From Gordius albopunctatus (taxonomy: Eukaryota): a stretch of DNA of 64,000 nt. Positions 40,009-51,832 of the stretch are shown one piece after another; the stretch's first letter is position 1; each line of letters begins with the position of its first letter. Location: positions 2,790,001 to 2,854,000 of the forward strand of contig OZ193910.1 of NCBI GenBank assembly GCA_964276515.1, written 5' to 3'. The position numbers and the translations under genes are program-made. Under the pieces are notes generated by a model. That model was not told the DNA's origin and did not search any database. It saw only the letters and a list, made by a program, of their open reading frames with translations.

Positions 40009-40469
40009 ATATACTCGGGCGATTTAATCCCATCTCTAAATCATACAATTTTTTAATTAATAAACAGTACCTACCAATATTACATATAATTTATCAATAG
40101 TAGTTATTCTAAATTTTGTAATTAGATGGTTGCAATAAATTTATAAAAAAAATAAAGCTGATTTTTATAAGCTTTGAGGTATTAATTTTCATGGCGAGGT
40201 CAGTTTAGTACGATTTTCATACTGTCAGCTATGTGTCATTAAAATTATTTAATATCTAAAATGTTTATTATTGCCCCCATATATTTAACAATTAATATAA
40301 TTTAAATTTTACTGTGTTGCAGACTGATATATTAAAAATAATAATACCTTTTACCAACAAAAAGGCCCCTCATGATTGTAATAATAGTCTAAACAAAAGT
40401 GTGCAATGAGAATCGTTCAGTGCTAAATACAAGTTACTGCAAACTTATCAACTCCGCCTTACTTTAATA

Positions 40470-40587
40470 CATGGGCGTCGCCGGGGAGGGGCGGCTGCCC
40501 CCCTCAAAATTCAAAATTAAGACTAAAATTTCAAAAAATTGTCATTTTGCCCCCCCTCTAATTCCAATGCTGCTGGCTAAGCTTATG
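40470..40587. mobile_element. CATGGGCGT-family MITE inserted in the duplicated segment
   Basis: CATGGGCGTCGCCGGGG...CTGGCTAAGCTTATG; absent from the paralogous site near 38045. Confidence 0.7.
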
Positions 40588-40604
40588 CCTTTATAAAAAT
40601 TCCA

Positions 40605-40759
40605 AATAGCTGTTTGTCACACTAATGTGGTCAGCTTCTTTAGATATTTGGATGAGGAGTGATGCTTGGCTATCTAGGCCTGACAGCCGTGTTGAAGTTG
40701 TGATATATTAACCTGAGTGTTCAAAGACAGAGCCTATACCAACTAGGCCCCCACGCCCC
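40605..40759 (-). mobile_element. Second copy of the tRNA-derived SINE (B-box region deleted)
   Basis: Colinear with 42248-42450. Confidence 0.68.
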
Positions 40760-41028
40760 TAAGCTTATACCTTTATAAGCTATGAAAATTTAAACTAATT
40801 GCTGTGCAAAGCTCCACGAATTTCTCACCTGTTTCTCAACTATATCACATAATCAAGATCTAAACCTATTTGGGGGGAAGGGCAACATTTATGCCGTTAA
40901 TGTCAAAAAAACGTGTGAACTGGCTTACAAATAACGAATCGCGTTATGAAATTAATTAAAAGAAAAGGGAAAAATATCGCAAGAGAGAATAGGTACTAAG
41001 CAACAATACAAAGGTATAAAAAGAATTT

Positions 41029-44000
41029 TTAGTTTTGAGTTTTAGTATCCTCAGTTTCTTCTATTTTCTTTTCACCCTCTGCATTCGAGACTTGTTCAAA
41101 CTCTTGCTCATTTTCGCCCACAACTTTGGAGTCAATGCGGGCGCTTTCTAATTCGGTAGTAACTTCGTCAACTTGATTGTCATTAGTTTCAACCGCAATT
41201 TCTTCCCCATCCAAAATTTGGTCTTCTTCGCCTAGGAAAAAAGATCAGATAAATTGCCATAAAATTTAAAATAGACAGTATTCAGATTTTTTCAGCCCGG
41301 GCCCACTCCAAATAAATCTTCCGCCCGAAACCTTCTAAGAGTCCGCCCGGCCATCGTAATCAATAGAGCTCCCCGGCCCCAAAACGAGATTTACATTATT
41401 TGCATTGATTTAGTTAAATTTTTAAAAAAATGATATTTGTTGATGCTAATTACACTGTGGAAGAGTGTGGCAATAGTACAACGAGTTTCTATTAGTTAGA
41501 AGAATGATGTAGGTTATTTCGATATATATTAAACGAGGTTACTAGTGCAAAAATTTAAACATTGTCAATTAAAAGTCCGCTTCGGTCCACAGGTAGCTAC
41601 ATCATAGTTAGTTAAAGTACCAAAAAATAATTGCCCAAAAACGAGAGCTTGATATCTATACTAGAAACTCTCAATTTTAAGATCAACAAAATGGTATATA
41701 CACCTTATTCCTCCTAAACGCTTGGATTATGAATTGAAGATGATGGTATTTAAACCTTTCTTGCCCCTAATCCACCTAAACCCTCTTACACACAATCTCG
41801 CCCCGGTATATTCACGACTCATTTTCCATAAGGTTTTTTCCAATAAATAAATCTCCCTACAGCTTATTTGTCAGACTTAGTGGTGAGCTTCTCAAGAAAT
41901 AACCAGGCCTGAAGGCCGTGTTAGCGATGTGAGATGTGGCATCTTTTGAGAGCAAGTGCCGTAATTGGGAATTAAGCCACGAGCTCTCGTTTCCAAGACG
42001 CGCCCGCGCGACCTCAATAGAAAATATAAAATCCGTGATTTACCCTCTTCGCCTTCACCCTCTTCTCGTTCGGGCTCGGAAGACTCTTCTGACGAAGAAA
42101 AGGCGTCGATCGGCACCGAATAAAGTCGTAGGCATTGCTAGTAAACGTAAGTTAAAAAATAGGCGAAGGCATGAAAATCAAAAATCGCTAGAGTACTTAT
42201 TTTTCCTTTAAGTATTTACCAGGAAAATATGAAAAGTTATAAAATTCAATAGCCGTTTGTCACATTAAGGTGGTCAGCAGCTTCTTTAGACATTTGGATG
42301 AGGGGTGACGCTCGGCTATCCAGGCATGACAGCCGTGTTGACGATGTGATATACGTTACATCTTTTTATGACAAAGGGCTGAAAGTGGGATTTGGACCCG
42401 CGAGCTCTTGTTCAAAAACAAAGCCTATACCAACTAGGTCCCCACGCCCCATAAAATTGGATATAAAATACAAAATAGGAGTGTGAACATCAAATGGCTA
42501 GGCAATATATTTTGCAGCACAAGTGATAATCAAAAGAAGTGTTGTGGCTGGATTTTGCTTGGTCGACCTTTGGTTTTAGTCGATTAAACATAAGCAACCC
42601 AAAAGTATTTTGGTCTCTATTTGTGTTTAGTAAACGTCGACTAAGAGAAACAATCTAAAAAACATTTGGTCGTTTCTGTTTAGTCGACTTACAACACTAG
42701 TCCAATGTTCGATTTTTCATCCGAGTCCCAACTTAATGGGGTCGGAAATTATATAAAGTAAATACCACGTGACAAACTTTGATGTCTACAAACAAAAAGT
42801 AAAAAAGCCAAGGCTATAATATCGAACAAGATTTTTAAATTGAAAATAAATAACACTAAAACAAAAAAATATCCGAATCTACACTTTCACCAAAAATTAG
42901 TGAAGAGTAGTGCTGTAAAAGCGGCTGGGTTTTGTTTTACTAAGGCTAACGCTCGCTTCTGGTATGTTTTTCAAACTTCGACTAAAACCAGCTGTTTTTA
43001 CAACACTCATTTAGAGATGCAAATTCAAAAGGAACCGCAGCCCCGAGCAATCGAAAAATGGACTCATTTAGGGAGCCAAAAAGAGAGCTAACCTTGTTAG
43101 GATCTTTCATTATGACAAATTTCCCGTCCGGCATTTTCATGATGCGATCTATGATGTACCTCACAATGCCCCACGCGTTGACCTGTTGAAAATTGATGTT
43201 TGTCGCAAATTCCACCGGTCTGAATTGCTGAACGCCCAATATGACGTGCTTCGTAGAGTCCAAGGGGTGAGCTCGTGACACGTAGCTGAGAGAGAGAAAC
43301 AATGAAAATCAATGGTATATATAACTCATATTTATACATAAAATATAGGATCTTCAAACGAAATGAAAAGAAATAAGAAGAAATTAGGGTACAAAATCTA
43401 TTACGACAAAGCTCGTAGCAAACAGACTAAGATGGCACGGCCATGTCGAATGAAGGAACTGTAGCTACGTCGGAAAGAAGATTGAGAAGATAAATCAGGA
43501 AAAGGAAAAATAGGAAGAGCCAAGCTTACGTGGAATCATAAAATTAAAATGCACAAGATGGATAAAGATTTATGTAAACATATAGTTGAAAGGACTAACC
43601 ACCAGCCTAGGTGAAAAACAGTCATAAGAAAAAGGTAAACAAACCATCATTTTTTTAAAAGAAATTCGGAAAAAGCACTCCGAAATTGCGATTTTCCACT
43701 TGTTTTTACTCAGACAACGTCTAGAGCTTCTCATAGTTCGATGCAACTTTAGAGCTTCTGCCGACTTAATGCCCATGATAATGCTTTAGATCTTTGTATT
43801 AAAACCCATATGCCCCTTTTCGTTCGCTACATGTTTATGTACAACCGTTTTCGTAGAGCTAAGCAGAGGTCAGATTTGTTTAAATATTTTTGCCCGAACC
43901 CGGCCCGTCCGAATCCTTACAAGTGTCCGCCGGCCCAGTCCAAAGCAAAGAGCTGCCTGAAATGCCCGCCCGAAATATCACATGTGTCCGTTACGCCCGA

Positions 44001-47000
44001 TTTTTTTTTCTATCTTAAAAATTACCCGATAAAAACTAGCCAAATTTTGGAGAGATATTTAAGGGTAAATTTTGTTAGGCAATAAAATCATCATAACATT
44101 CACTAACTTATATTGTACAGCATTTTTAAACGGGGCATCCAAGAAATTTTACTTTTAAATTCGTTTAGTTGATTAAATCAGGTTTTTAAATTGGCTTTGG
44201 CGTTAACTAATGTGATTCCCTTTCCCTCATTTTAGATAGATTCGAGAATAAGAAAAACTTATTTGAATTTAAGATAATTTACTCTTTCAATGATAATGTG
44301 TTGATGATTTGTTTAAAAAATAAACAATTTATAAATAAAAATTACTTGAATGGAATAAATAATGGAAAATTTTTGTTAGAATGAATTTGAATATGAAGCT
44401 TAAATAATATCCCGTTTTCTCATAAATCATTCCTTATTTAATATTTTATAATCTATCTCTAATCTACATTTTTACTCCCAACAAAATTGGATGTTTGTCG
44501 TGACTGCACGCACACGCGTTGCGTTAGTTAGCAATAAAAAAGGAGGTAAAAGTAAATATTCAAATTCGTTAAATTTTTGTAAAAAGCAACGTGGTTAGCG
44601 ATAAGATTTAACCCACGAGAGCATTCGCGGGACACCACGGACCCCACGATAGTTATAAACATAGCGCATAAAACGCGTTTAAAGACGAATTCTCGCCTTT
44701 TAACTTAGTCTAATATTTTAGCAATGACAAAATTTTGGGAATTTTATAACTTTTGGCCCACTAATTTTTAAAATATAGCATCTTTTTGGTCACAGGGGTC
44801 CTGTGTGTGTACCCCACGAATAAATGTTTAGTTGTAAAAAGTTAAAAAATGGGGCCAAATATACCCCACGAATGCTCTTGCGTTCAGGATTTTCAGGAGT
44901 GCTAACTAGGCAATAATCAGTTAAAACAATATACCCTTATAGTTACATTAACAATTAATTCTCTATTGTAAAATTCTTTCCACGTAAGGTAAATTTACCA
45001 TGCTTGTAAATTTAATTCAATGTTTAGCAAAATCATTTAAATTTTATATTGCCATTTTACTCTAAATCTGAAAATATTATATACCAACTTGTTATTTAAC
45101 ATTAGAGAATTTGCAATCTACACTGAAATAATTATTACAATAATCCTAGATAAGCTTTTAAGTTATATTAACAGGTAAATTTACATATGCTTGAATAATT
45201 AAAATATTTAACAAAATCTATTATATTTTTATTGCCATTAACTGTGAAAATATTTTTACCAACTTCAAATCAAGTAATCTTAAATAGATATTTATTTTAT
45301 GCTAGTATTTAGTTTTTTGATATAGAAGTATTTGTTATATCTAACTAAATTAAAATTTCTACATTTTATTTAAACTGAATTTACACACAATTCTGGTAAA
45401 AATAATCTGTAATCCTTTGAAAACAATAAATGTAAAAATTTAATATTATTAAACTTATTTTTTTGACTATTAGTTTTTTTGACTAATAGATGCCAAGCAA
45501 ACATCTGACATTTGGAAACATTTTTCTAAACATTTATCTTCAAATAAGAAAGGTTGTATTGCTGTTTGCAATTATTGCAATTTAAAATATACATTTCCAA
45601 ACTCAACCAAAACGACAAATCATATAGCTAAGTGCCCAGATTTTATAAAGGAAAAGAATTGTCAAGAAGTTTTCTTAATGCCCCCCTCTCCACAATCATC
45701 AATTTGTGAGGTAATGCTTGATGTATGCCCTATACAACAAACACCTGCTTCATGTGACCCAAAAGCATCAACACCCAATATTATTAGTTACTTGATAGCA
45801 TGACACAAACTCAGCAAGAGAAATTAGATGAAAAATTAGCATTGGCTATTTAATGATTTTCTTGTATTTGCTTCTTTATATTGTTTGACTAATAAATTTT
45901 ATTAATCTTAATCATACTCATGAACATTTTTTTATGCTAATTTGCCCGTCTTGCTCGTCATTTCCCCTTAATTTTTTGTTTTTCCCCGTTAATTCCCATT
46001 ATTTCCCGTGAATTTTCCCTTAAGCGAATTTCCCGGGAAAATATCCATCCCTAGTGCTAACCTAAGCTTTCTCGATCAAAAAAAAATAACAAATTTTTTA
46101 ATTTACACTAAATATAAAAAATGTGCAACTTTTCCTATTACTATAAATGTGGTTAAAGGTGAAGCTGTAGCCTTAAGGCAATTCAATCTAGAAATTTTCA
46201 AAAATAATCAATTTTATATAAAAAGTCAGATCCTAATATAATTTAGTTATATCCGAATCTTATCAAAGCGTGCCCGTCCGAAAATTAAAATTTAAGGCAG
46301 TTGCCCGGCCCAGACGGGCATTCTGATCTCTGGAGCTAAGCTTAAAAATTAAGCTATTTATAGATAGATAACCGAATTTCTAATTGTCGTCAATGCAGTT
46401 AGTTAAGTTTATCCGATTTATACTAAAAAAATAACTATTGATAATTTTAAATTTTCACTCAAAATGTAGCAACCTTGGCATATAGGACTGCCACACTTTT
46501 AATATATTCAAAATTATAGACCTCTAACGACCATACACGTCATTTGATGAAAGTGTCAAGGAGGCAACAAATAGAAACAAATAAACAAGAGTCATCAATC
46601 TACAATTCAATCCAAAAATAAAGGCATTCCAGCCGCGGGTAGAGCGAAAAATTGTCGCGAGAAGGTAACATAACAACCGTAAGGCCTCTAGATTAAAAAA
46701 ACGAGGGGAAAAAAACTATTAGGAGCACTAATGTTTTTGGAAACCGAAATGAAAAGTGAGTTTGTACCCAAGTTTAAAAAGATCGGCTCCAGAGAGGATA
46801 GAAGCGGCGGTCCATTTAGACAATTTACAAGCGTTGTTTTTCAATTCGTTAGCCAGCACCGAGGTGCGTTGGGTGTCCAACTTTCCGCGCCAGTCCATAC
46901 CGTTCGAATACTGTATGATATCATTGCAGTTTTTAGAATTAGATATAATTTATCATGTATATGTAGAAGTGAACTAGCTTTATAATAATGGGTAAAAAAT

Positions 47001-50000
47001 TATTTTAAAAAAACAAAAGTAATCGTTGAAGAAACAATCGGGTATTGGTGATGTATTAATGATTTAGGAAGGGGCAAAATAAACATTTTCTGAAATTTTA
47101 GCCATAATTATAATAAATTTCAACAAATTTGGGATTTAAAAGGGTACAGTCGCTCCTCCCTGCCGCTCCTTGGCTAAGCCCACGCAACCAAAATAATCGT
47201 GAAAAGTTAGGCATTCATTTAAAATTTGAGAAGGGGATAAAAGTCATTTTCAAATAGAAGATCCGTAAATTGTATTGGACTCAATAGGGTTCGGGACGTC
47301 ATATTTAGTAAATAACCGAAAGCCTCAAAATTAACGAGGAAGGGCAAAATAAAAATTATAAAAAAAAACAAATTTATGAGAGAAAAAATTAAAATTCCTA
47401 AATTTTAGATCGAGATCTAATATACCCGAGAATCCCATTCGTTCAAACTTTTGATCGTGAGGAATTGGGGTTCGTTACTTTCCGCACCCATTTGAACGGC
47501 GTCGATCTCAGTTCTGGCAACGAGCGAAACGTTGTTCCCGAGTTCCCACTTCCTGTATCTAAAGCGAATATCAACGAAAAAAACACGTCAATATAGGTGA
47601 AAGTTTTCGGAAACTATAAATAAATTTTCCTTTAATAAAAAATTTATTTGTACGAGGACGAAGTCATGTACAAATAAATCTAAAAGACGAGGGAAAAGAC
47701 AATTTTAGCATATGTATCCTACACAATTATTTGTAAATAAACCTTTATTGGTGTAAAAAATATGCATATCAAATGTAAATCTATTTATAAAATTAAGAAC
47801 TTTATTTAGTATGTTCGGGAGTAAATTTTTAGAAACTTGTAAATTATCGAGGTTACTTTTGACAACAACGTTTTTATAGACCGACCAACTAAGAGAACTT
47901 AAAAGAAGTTAATGACAGTAACCGTGGCAGTGAGAAAATAGAATTAATATTAATTTCCTTAATCCGAGGCTTAACTTAATTCGTGATTTAATTCATTTTA
48001 TATGCCTTGATATATAGTCGAAGAAGGTGAGAGTCTCACCTAAAACCTATATACTAGATATTAAATATGAAAGTCCAGGAGATAAAGAAAGATCGATGGA
48101 AACATAGAAACAAATGGAAACGGGTGCTGAAAGGACAGACCACCAGGTGACAAGCAGTCATAGAGGAGGAAGAAGATTAACGAAGGAAGTTGGAATAGAA
48201 GGCTTAAATCGAGAATCCGCTATATCCCAATTCTACATATTGTCCCCATTAACTAATTTCAAATCTGTTTGAATAGGCAAACAGTTTCGAACAATTAAAA
48301 ATGGCTAGGATTTGCTTGTTCAACCTTGGGCTTCAGTGGCATAAACAGACCAAAGTTTTGTTTGGGGCAAACCTAGGGTCTGTTTGTGCTTAGCGGAGAC
48401 TAAAGCCAATGGTCGACCAAACAGCTACAACATAACAGTTTGTACATATTAATCACTCCTGTATTATTCTCATAACCCGAAAAACAACAAAATATTTTCA
48501 TGCTACATAGTTAGAGGAACTATTACTACGCTAACATCCAACCTCGTAAACAAAATATGAAGGAATCTCCCTTATAAACATAAAAAGGTCCATTAAACCT
48601 TAAAATTATTATTTCAACGGAAATATTTTTTAATGTCACTTGTAGAGCTTAGGGGCCATTTCTCCGTCATCGGACCCACCTTCGAATGGATTTCCCAACT
48701 CGCCCTTGTACTTTTCTTCGCCCTAATCATATCCGAAACGACGAATTATAGTATTGTAAAAAATGTTATGAGAGGCAAATTTTGAGCCTCGCACAATTAT
48801 TTATGCTAAACTCAAGTATTTAGGGGTAGGGTTAGAGCCGATGGGCGTGGCCTGTGGTTGGGGGGGGGGGAAGAGGCAGCTGTCCTCCTCTAAATTCAGA
48901 ACTTTGTTAAAATCATAGCTAAAACTTCAACAAATTTTCATTTCGCCCATCCCCAGTTCATTATTGCCCCCTTAAAATCCCAATACCGACTATGGCCGTG
49001 TTGGGGCCTCGAGTCGGGTTGCCCTTTTAGACCCTACGAAGCCTTATAATTTTATTCCTTATAAGCCTGTCCTTAAATTCATATTCCAACAAGTTGTTTG
49101 AATACAGTGACTTGAAAGAGGTTATAAAATTTAAAATTTACTTCCTTATCCTCATCTATAAGCAATCAAAAATGATGGAGTGTAATTTTTAGTAATTATT
49201 TCAATATACAAAAAACTGTTTGCATTGCAAGGGATAGGCAGCCCATGTAAATCGAAAGGTCTCAGTTTATCAAGAAATCTGGGTTATAATTTTAAAACAA
49301 ACATTTTCCCTTTTCTAAAGCCTTACCGGTTTAATTTATATTTATAAAAAAATCTCAATTTATTATAAAAATAATACACTTAATTATAAAATCAAAAAAA
49401 AATAAATTATAAAATTTAAAAGAGAGGGGGGGGATACTTTCAAGACTTGCTGAGAAAAGTTGTGGTTGATGAAAGTAGCTTCCATGGCCAAATTTTTCAC
49501 AGAATTCATGTTATCCGCATCATCAGGTGGTGGGTCGATTGAAGTCTCACTAACAGCCAACAAATCTAACAATGCAAAAAGTATATTTAAAAGTAAAAAT
49601 AATTCATTATTCTCAATCAAAATATCTTTTTAAATTTCAGGGAGGATTGTTTCAAATCTTTTTAGGTATAAAAATTTTAGATACAAAAAAGCATAATTTT
49701 TACATAAAAATTTGACTAGACTAACAAGATTTAATTTGAAATGCATATTATGGTTAAATATAAAAATTTCCCTTCTAATACAATAGACTTTAGCATAGTA
49801 AAATGGTTAAATTAAACATAAATTTGGAAATCATTAACATATTTATCACGCTTTAAAGAGTGTTATATTTTTGTCAAACATTTTTCTTCGAGCAAACGAA
49901 ACCCACATGCCAAAATCACTGAGGAAAAACCTCGTATTTAGTACACATCATAGAAATGGGTATGTTTATTACCAACTTCGGGTACATCCCGCTTGTCAAA

Positions 50001-51778
50001 AAACAACTTGTTCATGTACTTTTCCACAATGATGTCCCAAGAGTAAACGGATTTAGTGGCACACATGAGGGTTGCCAGTATGGTATCAGTAAAATAAACG
50101 TTGCCCTCAGTTTTTGCCAACTACGTGAGATAAAGTGATAATAATCTTAAAATTATCTATAAAACATAATTTAGAGGTTCAATAACATATATTTGAACTA
50201 ACTAAAAGAATCTTAAATAAAATCCATCGTTTAACCAATGTTATTTGTGCAAAAATCAGTTAAATTATCAATTAAGACTGCAACATCTCAGAGTTTTAAA
50301 TAAGTTTAAATAGTGTAATGTTAGGACTGATAAAATATATTTTTGAATATCACCTGTCTTATAATTGGGTCGTCTGTGGTAGTGGCTTGTGGCAATATTC
50401 TATTTGTTCTCAGAAGTTGTCTAGAATTCTTTGTTGTACAACGATCGTACGATTTATCATAAAACTCAACAGCTCCATAAGTTTTCCTAAATAATAACAA
50501 CTATTGATAATTCAAAAGAAATGCATCTAGCTCTTTGTTAGAAGCATGATGTGCAGGTTGCCAATTTACAAAATGATTCTTAATATACAGTAATTAATAG
50601 TAATTAATGTTTGCAGGTGATGACTAAAATGGTAAAAATAATATTAAAAGTAACACAACTAAAAATTTCAGGAACTTAGGTTAAATTGAATAAATATAAT
50701 TTAGGTAAATAACTGTTAAAAAATTGTTAAACCCATTTAATTGTATAAAAAGTTATGTGTTTTATCAAATCTTCAAAATTAAAGTAAAAAATAAATTACA
50801 AGATTTTCAAATTTATATTTTACATTGATAAGAATTAATAAGAAAATTATTTTAAAAATAGATTGATTATTTTATAAAACACTTACAAATCAACTGGTTT
50901 GTCAATGTTGGGAAGAGCTAGTTTGTTAAGGCTTAAAAAATCAAGTTCCTCTATAACCTGCCATTCACTTTTAATCCTAATTGAAGATTCCCTATGAATT
51001 TTCACAGGCACAGCAGATTTGGTAGCAAATCGAAATCTTTGATTAGCACCTCCTGGCATATTACCCATTCTATTACCACCACCTCCAGCCCTATTTTGGT
51101 TTTGCTGCATTTGCCTATTACAATATAGGAAAAATATCTTAGATAATTAATTGATAATACCTATTATTTCGGTTTTGTTGATTCATATTTCCTCTCATGT
51201 TTTGGTTCTTGTTGTTGTATTGCTGCTTAAAGTTGCGCTGCTATACAAATTAAGATATTTATAAAGTAAACATAAATAAAACAATATTTAACAATTAAAA
51301 CTACAATCCAACATACCTGATTAAACCTATTGTATTTGCCCCCTCTTTGATAAGGTGGTCTGACAATTTTAGATGTATCAACAATTTGAAAACCACTTTC
51401 TTCTTCCTCATGAAAATATGCATATTGTGTCCCAGTGCCATATTGGGATGTATATTTATCTATAATTATATGAAAAAGTCTTATATCTATAAATTTAGGA
51501 ACAATTTTTATTATCTGAACAAATCATACTTAAATAATTTATAGAATAAAAAAAATTTAAAGCATACTAGTGTATTTTTTGTCTTGATACAACAATCCCA
51601 TCCAGTCAGCAATCTAAGTTCAGATTAGCTTAGTCAAAAAAATTAATAATACCTTTCCTACACGGTCAGCCTTTGAAAACGGTTGATAAGGTATATCTTT
51701 GAATTTTTCAGAGGTAACTTTTGGGCCCCATCCATCTAAATTTGAGGATAATTCGGGAAATATGAGTTTGTGAGGCAT
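41029..51778 (-). CDS. eIF3d: Eukaryotic translation initiation factor 3 subunit D, 14 exons, ~626 aa
   Basis: Exons 51778-51653, 51613-51568, 51459-51317, 51240-51161, 51114-50887, 50486-50354, 50120-49973, 49565-49438, 48722-48640, 47558-47426, 46910-46768, 43285-43093, 42137-42044, 41231-41029 sum to 1881 nt, all GT-AG. Motifs: [107 protein letters not shown]. Confidence 0.96.
42248..42450 (-). mobile_element. tRNA-derived SINE
   Basis: Minus strand GGGGCGTGGGGACCTAGTTGGTATAGGC (A-box-like)...GCGGGTCCAAATCCC (B-box-like) plus a body shared with 40605-40759 and a fragment at ~41870-41940. Confidence 0.7.
42545..42700. repeat. Palindromic intronic MITE family (GGCTGGGTTTTG...GGTCGACC); other copies at ~34872-35055, ~42920-42996, ~48301-48428, ~63180-63300
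   Basis: Shared TTGGTCRACCTTTGGTTTTAGTCG and the inverted GGTCGACCAAA end. Confidence 0.6.
43340..43570 (+). mobile_element. RTE LINE 3' fragment in an eIF3d intron
   Basis: AGACTAAGATGGCACGGCCATGTC encodes RLRWHGHV; downstream [15 protein letters not shown] segment. Confidence 0.6.
44612..44882. mobile_element. Possible piggyBac-like MITE
   Basis: TTAA|CCCACGAGAGCATTCGCGGG...CCCCACGAATGCTCTTGCG|TTCA; imperfect TIR and degenerate right TSD. Confidence 0.45.
44907..46053 (+). mobile_element. Nested internally deleted hAT element with a BED zinc-finger transposase remnant (~45490-45853)
   Basis: Perfect TSD GTGCTAAC; right end CATCCCTA. Translation [44 protein letters not shown] fits the zf-BED pattern, followed by a frameshifted [19 protein letters not shown]. 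Confidence 0.8.
48840..49000. mobile_element. Degenerate CATGGGCGT-family MITE in an eIF3d intron (others at ~47040-47185, ~21798-21947, ~39015)
   Basis: Family core sequence; TSD-like TTAGAGCC/TTGGGGCC. Confidence 0.6.
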
Positions 51779-51832
51779 TTACAAAAATTGATGATAAAGT
51801 CAAATGCGCGAATGAGTACGTAAAACTTGTAA

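Larger units (their letters stand above)
43864..46332. mobile_element. hAT-like element (CAGAGGTCAGA TIR) in an eIF3d intron, carrying nested insertions
   Basis: CAGAGGTCAGA...TCTGATCTCTG; perfect TSD GAGCTAAG (43856-43863 and 46333-46340); GCCCG subterminal repeats. Confidence 0.88.

Noticed and set aside
42380..42450. tRNA gene on minus
   Set aside because: Degenerate B-box and an attached multi-copy body indicate a SINE head.
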